From a virus, in the IMG/VR virus record IMGVR_UViG_3300037313_000833: a DNA stretch of 64,000 nucleotides, one strand, 5' to 3'. Each line of letters opens with the position of its first letter. Positions within the stretch are counted from its first letter, which is position 1. The notes under the pieces were generated by a model. It did not search any database. It saw only the letters and a list, made by a program, of their open reading frames with translations, and had not been told where the DNA came from. The translations under genes and the position numbers were made by a program. Of this stretch, positions 62,631-64,000 are shown piece after piece.

Positions 62631-62849
62631 ATGGACCTCAAGAATATGCTGTACTGGGAGAAGTTCCGTAAACTCCAAGCTAAGGCCGCTCAAAAAGGTT
62701 TGTACTGCGTCCCATGCAATGCCCGTCGCACATTAGGTAAGGATGTGACCCCTGAAGTCGCATTAAACGCCTACCGCTGCAAAACCTGCAAAACCCTGTG
62801 TCTTTTTCGATCCAGTGCTCCCCTCTCGAATCGTGCATTGTGCAATTGA
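62631..62849 (+). CDS. small zinc-ribbon protein
   Basis: CVPC...CKTC; AAAAGGAGA upstream. Confidence 0.65.
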   Translation: MDLKNMLYWEKFRKLQAKAAQKGLYCVPCNARRTLGKDVTPEVALNAYRCKTCKTLCLFRSSAPLSNRALCN

Positions 62850-62852
62850 TAG

Positions 62853-62881
62853 TTGACAAGTTTAATCGGACTTGAGATCCT
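62853..62881 (+). promoter_or_regulatory. ATAGTTGACA-N17-GATCCT promoter-like site
   Basis: Shares the ATAGTTGAC context with 51269, 58460 and 63398; the -10 is weak. Confidence 0.4.
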
Positions 62882-62912
62882 GTATCTGTGGAACGTCGGA
62901 TAGGAGGACACC

Positions 62913-63167
62913 ATGGATACTAACAAGAAAGTACAGCTACTCAGAAGCCCAGCACGTGAAGGAATCGAACTCGTAATCGGAACGGACCGCGTAACTCTGA
63001 AACTGGACAATACAGTGGACGATGCTGAAGTGGAATCGCTTGTGGAGTTTGCACAGCTTGTCGCTCAAAAGTGTGGTAAGACAAAAGTAATCGTTCGCGG
63101 AAAAGTAGAACGAACCTTGGACGGCGGTTTCAGTACCGCCATCCCAGCAGCAAGTCTCGGAGCCTGA
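62913..63167 (+). CDS. hypothetical small protein
   Basis: TAGGAGGA upstream; a terminator lies downstream. Confidence 0.7.
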   Translation: MDTNKKVQLLRSPAREGIELVIGTDRVTLKLDNTVDDAEVESLVEFAQLVAQKCGKTKVIVRGKVERTLDGGFSTAIPAASLGA

Positions 63168-63196
63168 GCAATAGGTTCCCGAGTGGAGGAACGAAA

Positions 63197-63231
63197 GGCC
63201 CGGTGGGAAACCATCGGGCCTTTTGCTTTTT
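63197..63231 (+). terminator. strong intrinsic terminator
   Basis: 10-bp stem GGCCCGGTGG / CCATCGGGCC with a GAAA loop, then TTTTGCTTTTT. Confidence 0.85.
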
Positions 63232-63401
63232 ATGGTGTCATATAGGGCGTCAGACGCGTGCGGTAAGGTGCCTTAAAAGACATCATTCGAGGGTGTGCGC
63301 TAAGCGCTATGTGCAAAAATCTGCACCTAATTTTGTGCAAAAAAGTGTACATACGATAAATTCCCTAATGGTTTCAACGAAAGATTTTTTGAAAATAATA
63401 G

Positions 63402-63430
63402 TTGACGGTAGCAGTAAGGCTTAGTAACCT
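63402..63430 (+). promoter_or_regulatory. ATAGTTGACG-N17-TAACCT promoter with GCAGTAAGGC in the spacer
   Basis: Read directly from the sequence; AGGAAGGA and ATG 63486 lie downstream. Confidence 0.6.
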
Positions 63431-63485
63431 GAGAGTGTAGGTAAGACAACGCGGCAAGATGCCGCACAGAAGGAAGGACGTAAGT

Positions 63486-63806
63486 ATGATCAAGATCGTA
63501 AGAACCAAAGACAACAAGTGGGGAATCATGGCACCGCAAGCAGGTGTGGTGATGGAGCCAGCTGAGTTCAGCGAAATGATTGATCAGGCCGCGGCCTTGG
63601 GAATCGCTCCAGAAGAATTAGAGTGTGCATTCACCGAGATGTATGCGAGAGAACACAACTGCGCTCATTTCGGTGCGGTTAACCGTATGTTCATCTTTAC
63701 GGAGGTTGTCACCATCATTACCCGTCAGGACGCTCTCCAGCCGTCCATCCAGCAAGAGTTCGTGCGAACGGACTCGGCTCCCATCCTCATGGTGGGGTTA
63801 GCATGA
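63486..63806 (+). CDS. hypothetical protein
   Basis: AGGAAGGA before ATG 63486 (MIKIVRTKDNKWG). Confidence 0.65.
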   Translation: MIKIVRTKDNKWGIMAPQAGVVMEPAEFSEMIDQAAALGIAPEELECAFTEMYAREHNCAHFGAVNRMFIFTEVVTIITRQDALQPSIQQEFVRTDSAPILMVGLA

Positions 63807-63895
63807 AGAACTCATATCGCATCGCCTGTGCGCAGGCTGTGGCGGTTTGGAGTCTCGTTGCGATACTCGCCATATCCCACACATTCGGCGGATAA
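63803..63895 (+). CDS. possible 30-aa hydrophobic peptide
   Basis: ATGA-coupled; AVAVWSLVAILAISHTFGG. Confidence 0.3.
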   Translation: MKNSYRIACAQAVAVWSLVAILAISHTFGG

Positions 63896-63922
63896 CATCC
63901 ACCGAATATCTTGACAACGGAT

Positions 63923-63980
63923 CGGCCCCGTGTAAATCCCCTCCTCCGATGGGAAACTTGCACGGGGCCGAATACGTTTT
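63923..63980 (+). terminator. 10-bp hairpin with a long loop, then a short T-run
   Basis: CGGCCCCGTG / CACGGGGCCG, with TTTT at 63977-80. Confidence 0.4.
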
Positions 63981-64000
63981 AGTCGTCGAGGACGACAATA

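Noticed and set aside
63203-63424. 73-aa + strand ORF
   Set aside because: It begins inside the 63197-231 terminator hairpin, spans two regulatory elements and has no SD.
17541-63430. GCGGTAAG copies as a CRISPR array or other tandem repeat
   Set aside because: The copies are irregularly spaced over 46 kb, are not separated by uniform spacers, and mostly sit at gene boundaries.
17541-63430. The conserved ~16-bp element as a T7-type single-subunit RNAP promoter
   Set aside because: No RNAP-sized gene is present in the window, and several copies are flanked by sigma70-type -35 and -10 hexamers. This cannot be excluded without the rest of the genome.

Overview
This window is a gene-dense, roughly 50% GC segment of a tailed dsDNA phage or prophage. 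I count about 100 ORFs, nearly all on the + strand, many joined by ATGA or GTGA start/stop overlaps. No integrase, transposase, rRNA or CRISPR array is visible.

Layout:
- 1-14.9 kb: tail and receptor-binding module. It holds two giant modular fibres, five C1q/TNF-like head domains, an NHL-propeller tail protein, three tandem tail-collar paralogues and an M15 peptidoglycan peptidase.
- 14.8-17.5 kb: the only sizeable minus-strand cassette. It encodes an SF2 helicase, a collagen-like lipoprotein and a secreted beta-rich protein.
- 17.5-18.4 kb: an ORF-poor region with its own promoter-like motif and an intrinsic terminator.
- 18.4-32.7 kb: regulators and recombination genes. These include an Rrf2-family regulator, RecA-like, SbcD and SbcC proteins, an HNH nuclease, a lytic transglycosylase, a ClpP-like protease and two sigma-like proteins.
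- 32.8-35.3 kb: a small late gene, the large terminase and a signal-peptide ClpP/SppA-like protease.
- 35.4-43.5 kb: replication and nucleotide metabolism. These include a dNMP-kinase-like protein, an SSB-like protein, a primase-helicase, a family A DNA polymerase, a class II RNR and dUTPase.
- 43.5-64 kb: many small ORFs, one tRNA-Gly(UCC) set in a 610-nt non-coding stretch, a third sigma-like gene and ThyX. Near 62.3-63.5 kb there is a cluster of strong promoters and terminators.

The most notable non-gene signals are:
1. A strand-oriented GCGGTAAG(C/G)CTTAAC element with at least 20 copies.
2. A second conserved upstream motif, GAGTATATAT-N-AGGAG, with 4 copies.
3. Two ORF-poor candidate structured-RNA regions.

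All functional calls come from motifs read in the translations. No database search was possible.
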